From: an uncultured Eubacteriales bacterium
Lineage (GTDB): Bacteria; Bacillota; Clostridia; Oscillospirales; CAG-272
NCBI GenBank assembly: GCA_900546635.1
Contig: URDS01000002.1
Coordinates: 337 to 64,336 of the forward strand
Length of the DNA: 64,000 bases
Reading direction: 5' to 3'
In this document: positions 55,725-64,000 of the stretch, one piece after another
Position numbering within the stretch: position 1 is the stretch's first letter
Layout of the letters: each line of letters begins with the position of its first letter
Translations under genes and position numbers: made by a program
Notes under the pieces: generated by a model
Database searches by the model: none
Told to the model about the DNA's origin: nothing
Seen by the model: only the letters and a program-made list of their open reading frames with translations

Positions 55725-56495
55725 ATGAAAATCGCAGTTGTAACCGGTGCTTCCTCCGGCATGGGCAGAGAATTTGTTTATGCCCTTGACAAAGAAAAAA
55801 AATACGAAGCAATCTGGGTAATTGCCCGCCGCGCCGAGCGCCTGGAGGCGCTGAAAAGCGAAACGGAAACCCCAATCGTCCCGATTGCGCTTGATCTGAC
55901 AAACGCCGAAAGTATCGCAAAATACCGCGCGCTGCTTGAGGAAAAGAAGCCCGACGTGCGCGTACTCGTCAACTGCTCCGGCTTCGGGAAATTCGGCACA
56001 TATCAGGAAGTCGATCCCGACACCGCCGCGAATATGATCGACCTCAACTGCAAAGCGCTGGTCAGCATGACGCAGTACACGCTGCCCTATATGAGCGAGG
56101 GCGCGCATATCCTGCAACTGGACTCGCTCTCCTCTTTTCAGCCGGTTCCCTACATCGGCGTATACGGCGCTACCAAAGCGTTTGTGCTCAGTTATTCGCG
56201 CGCGCTGAACGTGGAACTGCGTCCCCGCAAAATCAAAGTTATGGCCATTTGTCCGGGGTGGGTCAAAACCGAATTTTTCGACCGGGCAAAAACCGACTGC
56301 ACGGACGCTGTGACCTACTTCAACATCCTCTATGAAGCGCGGGATGTGGTCGCGACCGCAATGCGCGATATGTACAAACCGAAAAAAGACGTGTCGATCC
56401 ACGGGTTCCCGGTCAAAGCACAGGTGCTGATGGTCAAACTTCTGCCGCACAAGCTGGTCATGCGAATCTGGATGAAGCAGCAAAAGCATCAGTAA
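55725..56495 (+). CDS. SDR-family oxidoreductase
   Basis: TGASSGMG cofactor motif and a YGATK active-site motif. Confidence 0.85.
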   Translation: MKIAVVTGASSGMGREFVYALDKEKKYEAIWVIARRAERLEALKSETETPIVPIALDLTNAESIAKYRALLEEKKPDVRVLVNCSGFGKFGTYQEVDPDTAANMIDLNCKALVSMTQYTLPYMSEGAHILQLDSLSSFQPVPYIGVYGATKAFVLSYSRALNVELRPRKIKVMAICPGWVKTEFFDRAKTDCTDAVTYFNILYEARDVVATAMRDMYKPKKDVSIHGFPVKAQVLMVKLLPHKLVMRIWMKQQKHQ

Positions 56496-56663
56496 ACAAA
56501 GAACTGCCAAAGCACAAATCAAAATCAGACAGTCAATAAAGTGTAAACCGCAAAGAAGAAAACGAGCCATGATGCACAACAGTTCCATTTTAAGTTTATG
56601 AAGGTTGCTTAGTCCGATTCGTCATGATTGAATAGGCAAAAATCAGCATTTAGAGGGATAAAA

Positions 56664-57296
56664 ATGGCATTTGATTTCAAAAAAGAATATAAAGAGTTTT
56701 ATATGCCCAAGGCACAGCCCAAAATCGTAATGGTTCCAAAGGCAAATTATATAGCCGCCAGAGGAAAAGGAAATCCGAATGAAGAAAACGGCGCTTATCA
56801 ACAAGCAATAGGCATTTTATATGCGATTGCTTACACTTTAAAAATGAGTTATAAGACAGACCGCAAAATCGAAGGTTTTTTTGAATATGTGGTTCCCCCT
56901 CTTGAAGGATTTTGGCGGCAGGATCATGTTGATGGCGTGGATTATAGCAAAAAGTCAGCATTCAATTGGATTTCTGTAATAAGATTGCCGGATTTTATAT
57001 CGCAAAAAGATTTTGAATGGGCAGTAGAAACTGCAGGCAAAAAGAAACATATTGACTGTTCTTCTGCTGAATTTTTGACTGTTGACGAGGGATTATGCGT
57101 TCAGATCATGCACTTGGGAGCATTTGATGACGAACCGAGAAGTGTTGCGATCATGGATAAATTTCTTGAGGATAACGGATATATAAATGACATAAACGAT
57201 CAGCGACTGCACCATGAAATCTACATGTCTGACGCAAGAAAGGTTCCCGTTGAAAAATGGAAGACCGTAATTCGTCATCCTATCAAAAAGAAGTAA
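56664..57296 (+). CDS. GyrI-like small-molecule-binding domain protein
   Basis: The ORF was trimmed to the ATG at 56664 (AGAGGGA RBS). MAFDFKKEYKEFYMPK.. and ..HLGAFDDEP..HHEIYMSDARK.. are typical of this family. Confidence 0.7.
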   Translation: MAFDFKKEYKEFYMPKAQPKIVMVPKANYIAARGKGNPNEENGAYQQAIGILYAIAYTLKMSYKTDRKIEGFFEYVVPPLEGFWRQDHVDGVDYSKKSAFNWISVIRLPDFISQKDFEWAVETAGKKKHIDCSSAEFLTVDEGLCVQIMHLGAFDDEPRSVAIMDKFLEDNGYINDINDQRLHHEIYMSDARKVPVEKWKTVIRHPIKKK

Positions 57297-57328
57297 TCTA
57301 TTTGATTTTTTGCATATTTTATTTGAGT

Positions 57329-57358
57329 CCTTGGCGAATTTCCGCCAAGGGCTTTTTG
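57329..57358 (+). terminator. Rho-independent terminator of the GyrI-like gene
   Basis: CCTTGGCG-AATTTC-CGCCAAGG followed by GCTTTTTG. Confidence 0.65.
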
Positions 57359-57400
57359 TATACCGGAAACCTACGCGACGATTGCGTGGGGTTCCGGTAT

Positions 57401-57447
57401 ACAAAAACGAAAATACAGCCCAAGCCGGAATTTCCGGCTTGGGCTGT
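57401..57447 (-). terminator. Rho-independent terminator of the DapF-like gene
   Basis: On the minus strand: ACAGCCCAAGCCGG-AAAT-TCCGGCTTGGGCTGT followed by ATTTTCGTTTTTGT. Confidence 0.65.
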
Positions 57448-57460
57448 ATGCTTTTGCGTA

Positions 57461-58288
57461 TTATTTGGCAGCAAGCGCCACGCTGCCCGCAAACACTCGT
57501 TCGCATTTCGCGCAAATCGCCGTTTGCCGCGCACAGCGATCCACGCAAAAACTGCCGCCGGGACAACGCACCATGATACGCACACCGTCGGTCAGCGCCG
57601 CTTCCCCGGCTGCGGCAGACACAAGCGCCGCGCCCTCGCCCGATGCAAAAGATTCTCCCACACCCGGCGCCCAGCTGCGAAGCGCCAGCGCATTATCCCC
57701 CGCCACTGCGGCAAAATGCAGATTGACGCGCTCTCCGAAAAACAAAACTTCGTTGAAACGCCGGCAAACGCGCTCCAAATCGAGCGCGCGCAGCGCGGCG
57801 CAGCTTTCCAGCAGAAATACCGCGTGCGTGCCGGCCAGATCATATATGCCGATTCTGGGATGCCCGAGGCAATCCCGAACGGTTTCCCCGCGCGTACCGT
57901 AGCAATATTTTTGCTCCTCCATCTCACGTTTTTCAAAAGTCGGCATCGTCGCCCAGGCGCAGAGTACCCGATTGCCCATTACAGTCAGACTGACCGGATA
58001 CACGCACGTCTCAAGCGAAATCCGCATACGGCTTCCCATCCCCCGATCAAACAAAAATTTTGCAGCCGCAACCGCGGCGCATACGGAAGAAGCGCCGCCT
58101 CCGCCGTCCGGCAGATAAAGCCGCAGCGCAGCCGCGTCCGCCCCATTCGGACAAACGACGCAAAATCCCTCTCCCCCAACGCCGGCACGGCGGTCGAGCA
58201 ACTTTTGAATAAAAGCCTTTTCCGGCGTGACATCCTCGGAGGTCATCAGATAGTCGCTGCCGGCCACATGTATTTTTGTAAACTGCAT
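57461..58288 (-). CDS. Highly diverged DapF-fold (diaminopimelate-epimerase-like) protein lacking the canonical catalytic residues
   Basis: 275 aa with a GGTGAGGAA RBS. It is colinear with DapF: MQFTKIHVAGSDY (cf. F.KMHG.GNDF), ..LPDGGGGASSVCAAVAAAKF.., ..LAGTHAVF.. (cf. GNPH), ..FGERVN.. (cf. FPER.N), ..GESFASGEGA.. (cf. GET.ACG.GA; Cys to Ser). Confidence 0.6.
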   Translation of the reverse strand: MQFTKIHVAGSDYLMTSEDVTPEKAFIQKLLDRRAGVGGEGFCVVCPNGADAAALRLYLPDGGGGASSVCAAVAAAKFLFDRGMGSRMRISLETCVYPVSLTVMGNRVLCAWATMPTFEKREMEEQKYCYGTRGETVRDCLGHPRIGIYDLAGTHAVFLLESCAALRALDLERVCRRFNEVLFFGERVNLHFAAVAGDNALALRSWAPGVGESFASGEGAALVSAAAGEAALTDGVRIMVRCPGGSFCVDRCARQTAICAKCERVFAGSVALAAK

Positions 58289-58422
58289 TTCCTCACCCTG
58301 TACAATATATGTACGGGACAGGAATCAAAATGCGCCGACGCCGCAAAAAGCAAAATGATTCGTCGAAGCGCGCGTATACGCCCGAAACAATCCGATGAAA
58401 CCATACCGCCGTCCGCCGCTCG

Positions 58423-58959
58423 TTAAAGCGCCGTACCTTTTTTCGGAACAAATAAACGTTTCATATCAGCGCCCTCAAGCTTCAGCAAAGCAATTTTTTT
58501 GTCCACGCCGCCCGCATAACCGGTCAGACTTCCGTTTGTGCCGACAACTCTGTGACAAGGAACCAAAATCGATATTTCATTATGGCCGACCGCGCCGCCG
58601 ACCGCCTGCGCCGACATGCGAGACAAGCCTTTGTCCTTCGCGATTTGTTTTGCAATCTCACCGTAAGTGGTTGTCTTGCCATAGGGGATTCTTTGCAGGA
58701 TTTTCCAAACGGAAAGCTGAAAAGGCGAGCCGATCATATGAATCGGCGGTAAAAAATCAGGTTCGATACCGGAAAAATAGAGGTCGAGCCAACGTTTCGC
58801 CTCTTCCAAAATCGGCGTTGCTCGCGCTTCATGCACGAGGTCAAGCCCCAGGGCATAGTATTTTTCTCCCTCAAACCAAAGTCCGGTCAAACCGATTTCG
58901 TCACAGGCAAGCAGAATTTCGCCTACCGGCGATCGATATATCGCGGTATACTGCATCAT
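58423..58959 (-). CDS. ogt: Methylated-DNA--protein-cysteine methyltransferase
   Basis: The active site ..LVPCHRVV.. and ..TTYGEIA.. are present. Confidence 0.9.
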   Translation of the reverse strand: MMQYTAIYRSPVGEILLACDEIGLTGLWFEGEKYYALGLDLVHEARATPILEEAKRWLDLYFSGIEPDFLPPIHMIGSPFQLSVWKILQRIPYGKTTTYGEIAKQIAKDKGLSRMSAQAVGGAVGHNEISILVPCHRVVGTNGSLTGYAGGVDKKIALLKLEGADMKRLFVPKKGTAL

Positions 58960-59089
58960 GATCCCTCCTCACATAAATCTTATCTTCGCACGCCGCTGCT
59001 TTGCCGTCGGCTGTCTGCAAAACGGCGAAACAACCGCACTTTTACTTTTGCAATCCGCAAAATCATGTATGCGGCTATACGGCGTAAAC

Positions 59090-59572
59090 TTATCCCTCGA
59101 TCACACGTTTTCCGGTCATGTGCTCAACAACCAGCTCCAAAGCCTGCACAATATTCGCCTCTTTTTGAATATGGGCTTCAACCGCCTCGTCCGATTCAAA
59201 TTTTCTGTCAAATTTCCGCATACACCGCAGACTGTCTTCGGGATGCTCAATCAATTTGATTCTTCCGAAAATGACGATGCTTTTGAAATTGCGCGGCAGA
59301 TTTCCGTCTTCGCTGTATCCTTTGTCATGCAAACAGAAACAAACCTTGTCGTTTCGTCTCATTGCATCTATTTTATAGCCCTGCTTTGCGCAATGCAGAT
59401 ATAAATTCCCGCTTTCTTCATCAAAAGCATAATTCATCGGAAAGGCGTAGGGATAGCCGTCGTCGCCGTTTACCGCAAGCGTTCCCCGAATTTCCTGTTT
59501 CAGAAGCGCAAGACATTCCGCATGCGTAAGCTGCTGCTTGCATCTTCTCATTTTTCTAAACTGTCCTTCCAT
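59090..59572 (-). CDS. Pyridoxamine 5'-phosphate oxidase-family FMN-binding protein (NimA-like)
   Basis: ..GTLAVNGDDGYPYAFPMNYAF..NLYLHCA..G.K.. The start was chosen as the second ATG (59572) because GGAGG directly abuts the first ATG at 59578. Confidence 0.7.
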   Translation of the reverse strand: MEGQFRKMRRCKQQLTHAECLALLKQEIRGTLAVNGDDGYPYAFPMNYAFDEESGNLYLHCAKQGYKIDAMRRNDKVCFCLHDKGYSEDGNLPRNFKSIVIFGRIKLIEHPEDSLRCMRKFDRKFESDEAVEAHIQKEANIVQALELVVEHMTGKRVIEG

Positions 59573-59719
59573 GGTCATCCTCCGCTTTCTGCCTATTTTT
59601 TATTATGAAAATCAGATCGCCGCCGCTCAAAATAAAGGCTTGTCACACGGCAATCGGGATTTTGTCTGCGGTATCCGCTCTCCGCTTTACGAAAAGGATA
59701 AAAAGCAAATCGCTTTCAT

Positions 59720-59753
59720 AGAAAAACGAGCGAAGCCATACAGATGGCTCCGC
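59720..59753 (-). terminator. Terminator of the liv operon
   Basis: On the minus strand: GCGGAGCCAT-CTGT-ATGGCTTCGC followed by TCGTTTTTC. Confidence 0.6.
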
Positions 59754-59805
59754 CCGTTTTTCCGCATCCAAATCACAATCGCCGAGACGCGCCGTTACCT
59801 CATGC

Positions 59806-60522
59806 TTATTTTTTCTTTTTACCGAGATATGCCTCTTTGACTTCCTCATTTTCCAAAAGTTCGGCGCCTGTCCCGCTTAGGATAATCTCGCCGGTCTGCA
59901 TGACAAACGCACGGTCTGCCGCCTGCAGCGCCATATTCGCGTTTTGTTCAATCAAAAGCACGGTAATGCCGTGGCTGTTGATCGTATGAATAATATCGAA
60001 TATCCCCTGCACCACCAGCGGCGCAAGGCCGAGCGACGGCTCATCCATCATGATGAGCTTCGGTTTGGCCATCAGCGCGCGGCCGACAGCCAGCATCTGC
60101 TGCTCGCCGCCCGAAAGCGTTCCCGCATGCTGCCAGGAGCGCTCTTTCAGTCGGGGGAACAAATTGTAAATATATTCAAGATCCGCGCTGAGATCATCGC
60201 GGCGCAGATACGCGCCGATGCGCAGATTCTCCGCCACAGTCAGGTTCGGAAACACGCGGCGTCCCTCAGGCACAAGCGTGATCCCGCGTTTGACGATCTG
60301 GTCAGGCGAAAGGCCGAGAATATTTTCGCCCTCAAAAAGCACCTCTCCGCTCTTGGCGCGGACAATGCCCGCAATCGAACGAAGCGTCGAGCTTTTTCCG
60401 GCGCCGTTTGAACCGATCAGCGTGACGATTTTGCCCTCTTCCACATCAAAAGAGATGTTTTTGATGGCCTCAATACCCCCGTAAGACACACTGAGGTTAC
60501 GGACCTCCAAAATATTATGCAT
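59806..60522 (-). CDS. livF: Branched-chain amino-acid ABC transporter ATP-binding protein
   Basis: Walker A GSNGAGKSS, signature LSGGEQQML, Walker B LIMMDEPS. The ATG at 60522 overlaps the livG stop. Confidence 0.9.
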   Translation of the reverse strand: MHNILEVRNLSVSYGGIEAIKNISFDVEEGKIVTLIGSNGAGKSSTLRSIAGIVRAKSGEVLFEGENILGLSPDQIVKRGITLVPEGRRVFPNLTVAENLRIGAYLRRDDLSADLEYIYNLFPRLKERSWQHAGTLSGGEQQMLAVGRALMAKPKLIMMDEPSLGLAPLVVQGIFDIIHTINSHGITVLLIEQNANMALQAADRAFVMQTGEIILSGTGAELLENEEVKEAYLGKKKK

Positions 60523-61354
60523 CTTCACTTACCCCCAGATAGGCCTTGATGACCAGATCATTGTTCTGAATTTCCTCGGGCGTACCGTGCGCAATCAGTT
60601 TGCCGAAATCAATGACATAAACCCGGTCGGAAATATCCATAACCAGATTCATATGATGTTCGATCATGAAAACGGTCAAACCGAAGCCGTCGCGAATATG
60701 CCGGATAAAAGCGGTCAATTCGTCGGTTTCCTGCGGATTCATGCCCGCGGCCGGCTCATCCAGCAAAAGCAGCGTGGGCTTGGTTGCAAGCGCACGCGCG
60801 ATTTCCAACCGCCGCTGCTTGCCGTACGGCAGCGAAGTCGCCAGTTCATCTTTGACATCCAAAAGTTCGACCGCCTCCAAAAGGCGTTCCGCCTCGCGGC
60901 GCATCTCGCGCTCCTCGCGGAAATTCAGCATAAAGGTCGCGGAGAAAAGATTGCTGCGGCGGCGCATATGCATGGCCACAAGCACATTCTCAAAAACAGT
61001 CATGGACTTGAAAAGCCGGATGTTCTGGAACGTGCGCGCGATCCCAAGCTTTGTAATGCGGTCGGGCGTCTTGACAATCTTGCTGCGGAAATCGCCCTGA
61101 TGCGTACCTGCATACAGTCTTTTCATCTTTCCGTGCGGATAGTTCTCCACAATCACGCGGTCATCAAAGCTGACGCGGCCGTTGGTCGGTTCATATACCC
61201 CGGTCACCACGTTGAAAGCCGTCGTTTTTCCTGCGCCGTTCGGTCCTATAAGGGAAACGATTTCGCCCTCGTTTACCTCAAGGGACAAATCATTCACCGC
61301 GACAACGCCGCCGAACTGCATCGTGATGTTTTCCAATTTCAACAGATTCTTCAC
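60515..61354 (-). CDS. livG: Branched-chain amino-acid ABC transporter ATP-binding protein
   Basis: GPNGAGKTT, ..LPYGKQRRLEIARAL.. and LLLLDEPAAG are present. The GTG start overlaps the livM stop as GTGA. Confidence 0.9.
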   Translation of the reverse strand: MKNLLKLENITMQFGGVVAVNDLSLEVNEGEIVSLIGPNGAGKTTAFNVVTGVYEPTNGRVSFDDRVIVENYPHGKMKRLYAGTHQGDFRSKIVKTPDRITKLGIARTFQNIRLFKSMTVFENVLVAMHMRRRSNLFSATFMLNFREEREMRREAERLLEAVELLDVKDELATSLPYGKQRRLEIARALATKPTLLLLDEPAAGMNPQETDELTAFIRHIRDGFGLTVFMIEHHMNLVMDISDRVYVIDFGKLIAHGTPEEIQNNDLVIKAYLGVSEDA

Positions 61355-62409
61355 TTGCCGGCAGCCTCCCTTTTCTTTTTTCCGAACCCTTTCATGCGGT
61401 TATACAGATATTCGGAAGACAATTCCTTATCTCCCATGATACCGCGGCGGAAAAACAGCACAATAATCATAATGACAGCGGAAAATACCACCAGACGGAA
61501 CCCGTTTCGCGTCACGCCCGGAATCACGCCCTCCGTATCCAAGAAACGCAGCCACCACTCAGAGCAGGCGATATAAAGGAAGCTGGCGATCACAGATCCG
61601 CTGATGCTGCCGATACCGCCGATTACAACGATCAAAAGAATCTCATAGGTCAGGGTTGTGGTAAACGGTTTTGCCTGAATCGTATTCTGATACATGGCGA
61701 ACAGCGCACCGCCGACGCCCGCGAAAAAGGAACTGACCACAAAGGAAATGGTCTTATGCCGCGTCAGGTTGATGCCCATCGCCTCCGCGGCCACTTCATC
61801 GTCCCGAATTGCCTTAAACGCGCGGCCGTACGTCGAGCGAATTAGGAGCGCGATGATCGCAATACACACGCCGGCAATCAGAAAATACGGGAAAACGCTT
61901 TTAAAATACGGATACATCCGAAGCTGGTTTGAACCGTTGGTGATAACGCCAAGCCCTTTCCACTGACAGAGCGCGCGCAGGATCTCGGCAAAACCGAGTG
62001 TGGCAATGGCCAGATAGTCGCTCTTCAGCCGCAGCACGGGCAGTCCGATGAGGAAAGCGAAGGCGGCGGCCAGCAAACCGGCCAGCACCAGGGCCACCGG
62101 CACGGGCAGGCTGAAGCCCACGGCGCAGTCGTAGTACTGGTAGACCTTCTCCTTGGCCTCCAGCGGAATGGTAAAGATAGCGTAAGTATAGGCTCCGATG
62201 AGCATGAAGCCCGCCTGTCCCAGGGAGAACAGGCCGGTAAAGCCGTTGAGCAGGTTCATGGAGACGGCCACCAGGGCATAGATGGCGCTTTTCCGCAGCA
62301 CGGTGAAGAGCATGTGCCCGCTGGGCAGGGTACAATCCAGGACATAGAGGGCGGCGATGCAGACCACGGCGGCGGCAACGGGGACCCAAATCTGTTTCTG
62401 TTTTTTCAT
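61351..62409 (-). CDS. livM: Branched-chain amino-acid ABC transporter permease
   Basis: A multi-TM protein with ..GLFSLGQAGFMLIGAY.. It was trimmed to the ATG at 62409 (GAGGTG RBS). Confidence 0.85.
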   Translation of the reverse strand: MKKQKQIWVPVAAAVVCIAALYVLDCTLPSGHMLFTVLRKSAIYALVAVSMNLLNGFTGLFSLGQAGFMLIGAYTYAIFTIPLEAKEKVYQYYDCAVGFSLPVPVALVLAGLLAAAFAFLIGLPVLRLKSDYLAIATLGFAEILRALCQWKGLGVITNGSNQLRMYPYFKSVFPYFLIAGVCIAIIALLIRSTYGRAFKAIRDDEVAAEAMGINLTRHKTISFVVSSFFAGVGGALFAMYQNTIQAKPFTTTLTYEILLIVVIGGIGSISGSVIASFLYIACSEWWLRFLDTEGVIPGVTRNGFRLVVFSAVIMIIVLFFRRGIMGDKELSSEYLYNRMKGFGKKKREAAGK

Positions 62410-62419
62410 GGCGTTCACC

Positions 62420-63346
62420 TCAAACCTTATCGGTGGCCTTCTCACCGAACAGCCCGGTGGGCTTGGCGATGAGAATGACGATGAGCAGGGCGAAGGTGAA
62501 GGCGTCCGAGAAGGTGGTCAGCCCCAGTCCCGTCTGAAGGACACCCAATTGGACCAGCATGTCGTCCAGGCCCTTGATGATATTTTCGCAGATGCCGATG
62601 AGGAAGGCGCCCACCACCGCTCCGGGAATGGAGCCGATGCCGCCGAATACGGCGGCCACGAAGGCCTTCAGGCCGGGCATGGCGCCCGAGGCGGGCACCA
62701 CGCCGGGGTAATTGGTGAAGTAGAGCAGCGACCCCACCGCAGCCAGGAAGGAGCCAATGATAAAGGTGACGCTGATGACCGAGTTGATCTTGATGCCCAT
62801 AAGCTGACTGGTCTCGAAGTCCTTGGCCACGGCCCGCATGGCCATGCCGATCTTCGTGTGGTTGATGAGCAGCACCAGCAGCACGACCAGCACCAGCGTC
62901 AGCACCGGCGTGACCAGCGTGACCATCTTTGTGGTGGTGCCGAACACGCTGACGGTGTCGGAGATCCAGGGGATGGTCGGGTAGTTCTTGTTCAGGCCGC
63001 CGGTGACGTAGAGCGCGAGGTTCTGCAGCAGGTAGCTGACGCCTATGGCGCTTATCATGACCGACATCCTCGGCGCGGAGCGCAGCGGCTTATACGCCAC
63101 GCGCTCGATGACGAAGCCGAGCACAACGGTCATCACTATCACAAAGGGTACCGCCAGCCAGAGCGGCATCCATGTCACGGCGTAGACCATCATGAGGCCC
63201 GCGACCATGAACACGTCGCCGTGGGCGAAGTTTATGAGCCGGAGTATGCCGTAGACCATCGTATAGCCGACGGCTATGAGCGCGTACTGGCCGCCGACGG
63301 AGATGCCGGAGAGCAGATACGGCAATAGTTTGTCGAAGAAATCCAT
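62420..63346 (-). CDS. livH: Branched-chain amino-acid ABC transporter permease
   Basis: MDFFDKLLPYLLSGISVGGQYALIAVGYTMVYG.. It was trimmed to the ATG at 63346 (GGGAGGAAG RBS). Confidence 0.9.
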   Translation of the reverse strand: MDFFDKLLPYLLSGISVGGQYALIAVGYTMVYGILRLINFAHGDVFMVAGLMMVYAVTWMPLWLAVPFVIVMTVVLGFVIERVAYKPLRSAPRMSVMISAIGVSYLLQNLALYVTGGLNKNYPTIPWISDTVSVFGTTTKMVTLVTPVLTLVLVVLLVLLINHTKIGMAMRAVAKDFETSQLMGIKINSVISVTFIIGSFLAAVGSLLYFTNYPGVVPASGAMPGLKAFVAAVFGGIGSIPGAVVGAFLIGICENIIKGLDDMLVQLGVLQTGLGLTTFSDAFTFALLIVILIAKPTGLFGEKATDKV

Positions 63347-63489
63347 TGAGCTTCCTCCCAATGCTCGCGCCGCCTCGAAAGCGCGGTCGCCGCGATTGCC
63401 GCGTTTTCGACGCAGCGCATGCAAAATAGTGGGGCTAAGGCGGAGGCTTTCGCCCCCGCCCTTGCCCTTAAACGGTTATCGCTTGGAAA

Positions 63490-64000
63490 TTACTCGATGC
63501 CCTGCTCGCCGATGAGGTCCCACGCGCCGGTCTCGGTGTTGCAGTACTTGATGAAGGCGACGTCGCGGGTGGCGTCCTTGGCGCCGTCGGCGAAGGAGAT
63601 GTTGCCGGTGATGCCGTTGTAGTTGACGGTCGGCAGAGCCTCAAGGACGGCGGCGGGATCCGCGCTGCCGGCAGCCTTGATGGCCTCGAGGGCGACGTAG
63701 TAGGCGTCGTAGCCCATGACGGAGACAGCCGCGATCATGTCGTTGCCGCCGTTGTTCTCGAGGTTGACGCTGTCGGAGTTGATCCACTCCTTGAAAGCGG
63801 CGTCGAACTCAGCGTTGCCGCCCTCCTGATAGAAGGTGGTGACGTAGACATGGACGTTGTCCTTGCCCTGGGCGGCGGCGACGATGACGTTGGAGTCCCA
63901 GGTGTCGCCGGCGAGGATGGGCATGCCGAGGTCCTGAGTGGCGGCCTGGTCAATGATCAGCGCGGCGGCCTCGGTGGAGACAGGGGCGAAGAAGATGTCG
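63490..64000 (-). CDS. Branched-chain amino-acid ABC transporter substrate-binding protein, C-terminal part (the 5' end lies beyond the window end)
   Basis: The frame stays open upstream of the track's Met at 63924 all the way to position 64000 (..DIFFAPVSTEAAALIIDQAATQDLGMPILAGDTWD..). It is a type-I periplasmic-binding-fold sequence at the head of the liv operon. Confidence 0.8.
   Translation of the reverse strand, partial: DIFFAPVSTEAAALIIDQAATQDLGMPILAGDTWDSNVIVAAAQGKDNVHVYVTTFYQEGGNAEFDAAFKEWINSDSVNLENNGGNDMIAAVSVMGYDAYYVALEAIKAAGSADPAAVLEALPTVNYNGITGNISFADGAKDATRDVAFIKYCNTETGAWDLIGEQGIE

Noticed and set aside
55128-56588. Long antisense ORFs in GC-rich genes. Examples: 55128..56588 (-), 23550..25013 (-), 2538..3887 (-), 33243..34445 (+), 34370..35332 (+), 37092..38228 (+), 42938..44371 (+), 46372..47445 (+), 57257..58426 (+), 60587..61576 (+), 62357..63328 (+).
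   Set aside because: Each lies opposite a gene with clear family motifs, proper RBS and operon context. Their translations are Arg/Ala/Gly/His-rich with no motifs. Stop codons are simply rare on the antisense strand of high-GC coding DNA.

Overview
This is a 64-kb chromosomal window from a fairly high-G+C, Clostridia-type Firmicute. That placement is inferred from gene content: SLH and copper-amine-oxidase-like wall domains, a LysM-GH18 YaaH-like spore hydrolase, dockerin-like tails and strong GGAGG ribosome-binding sites. Housekeeping blocks are: (1) methyltransferase-hslO (minus); (2) pgk-tpiA-Ldh_2; (3) paaK-ACT; (4) a hypoxanthine-DNA glycosylase, pit-DUF47, GrpB and GNAT; (5) a nine-gene arginine operon on the minus strand, argG-argH-argC-argJ-argB-argD-argF-carA-carB, with two ARG boxes over its promoter; (6) coaE-slt-M18 aminopeptidase-prfA-tsaC-parC-like-SDR; (7) a GyrI-like / DapF-like / ogt / PNPOx group; (8) a livJ-H-M-G-F branched-chain amino-acid ABC operon that runs off the right edge. 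Accessory material is: a secreted lectin-like wall protein; a decayed IS1182-family element; a giant (>2,600 aa if rejoined) SLH-anchored surface protein split by a frameshift; an AT-rich regulatory islet with an XRE regulator; an XRE-AbrB regulator with an ABC-2 exporter; and two tandem 916/913-aa SGNH-esterase paralogs with dockerin-like tails. No rRNA, tRNA or CRISPR array was recognised, and I see no obvious defence system. The most unusual observations are: (a) CarB carries a full-length C-terminal DapF-like domain that lacks one catalytic Cys, and a second degenerate stand-alone DapF-like gene is present; (b) a MITE-like repeat family shares its terminal sequence with the IS and is flanked by duplicated terminator hairpins; (c) the giant adhesin contains uncharacterised Cys/His-rich modules; (d) codon usage changes abruptly inside livM. 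All calls rest on reading and translating the sequence by eye. No database search was run.
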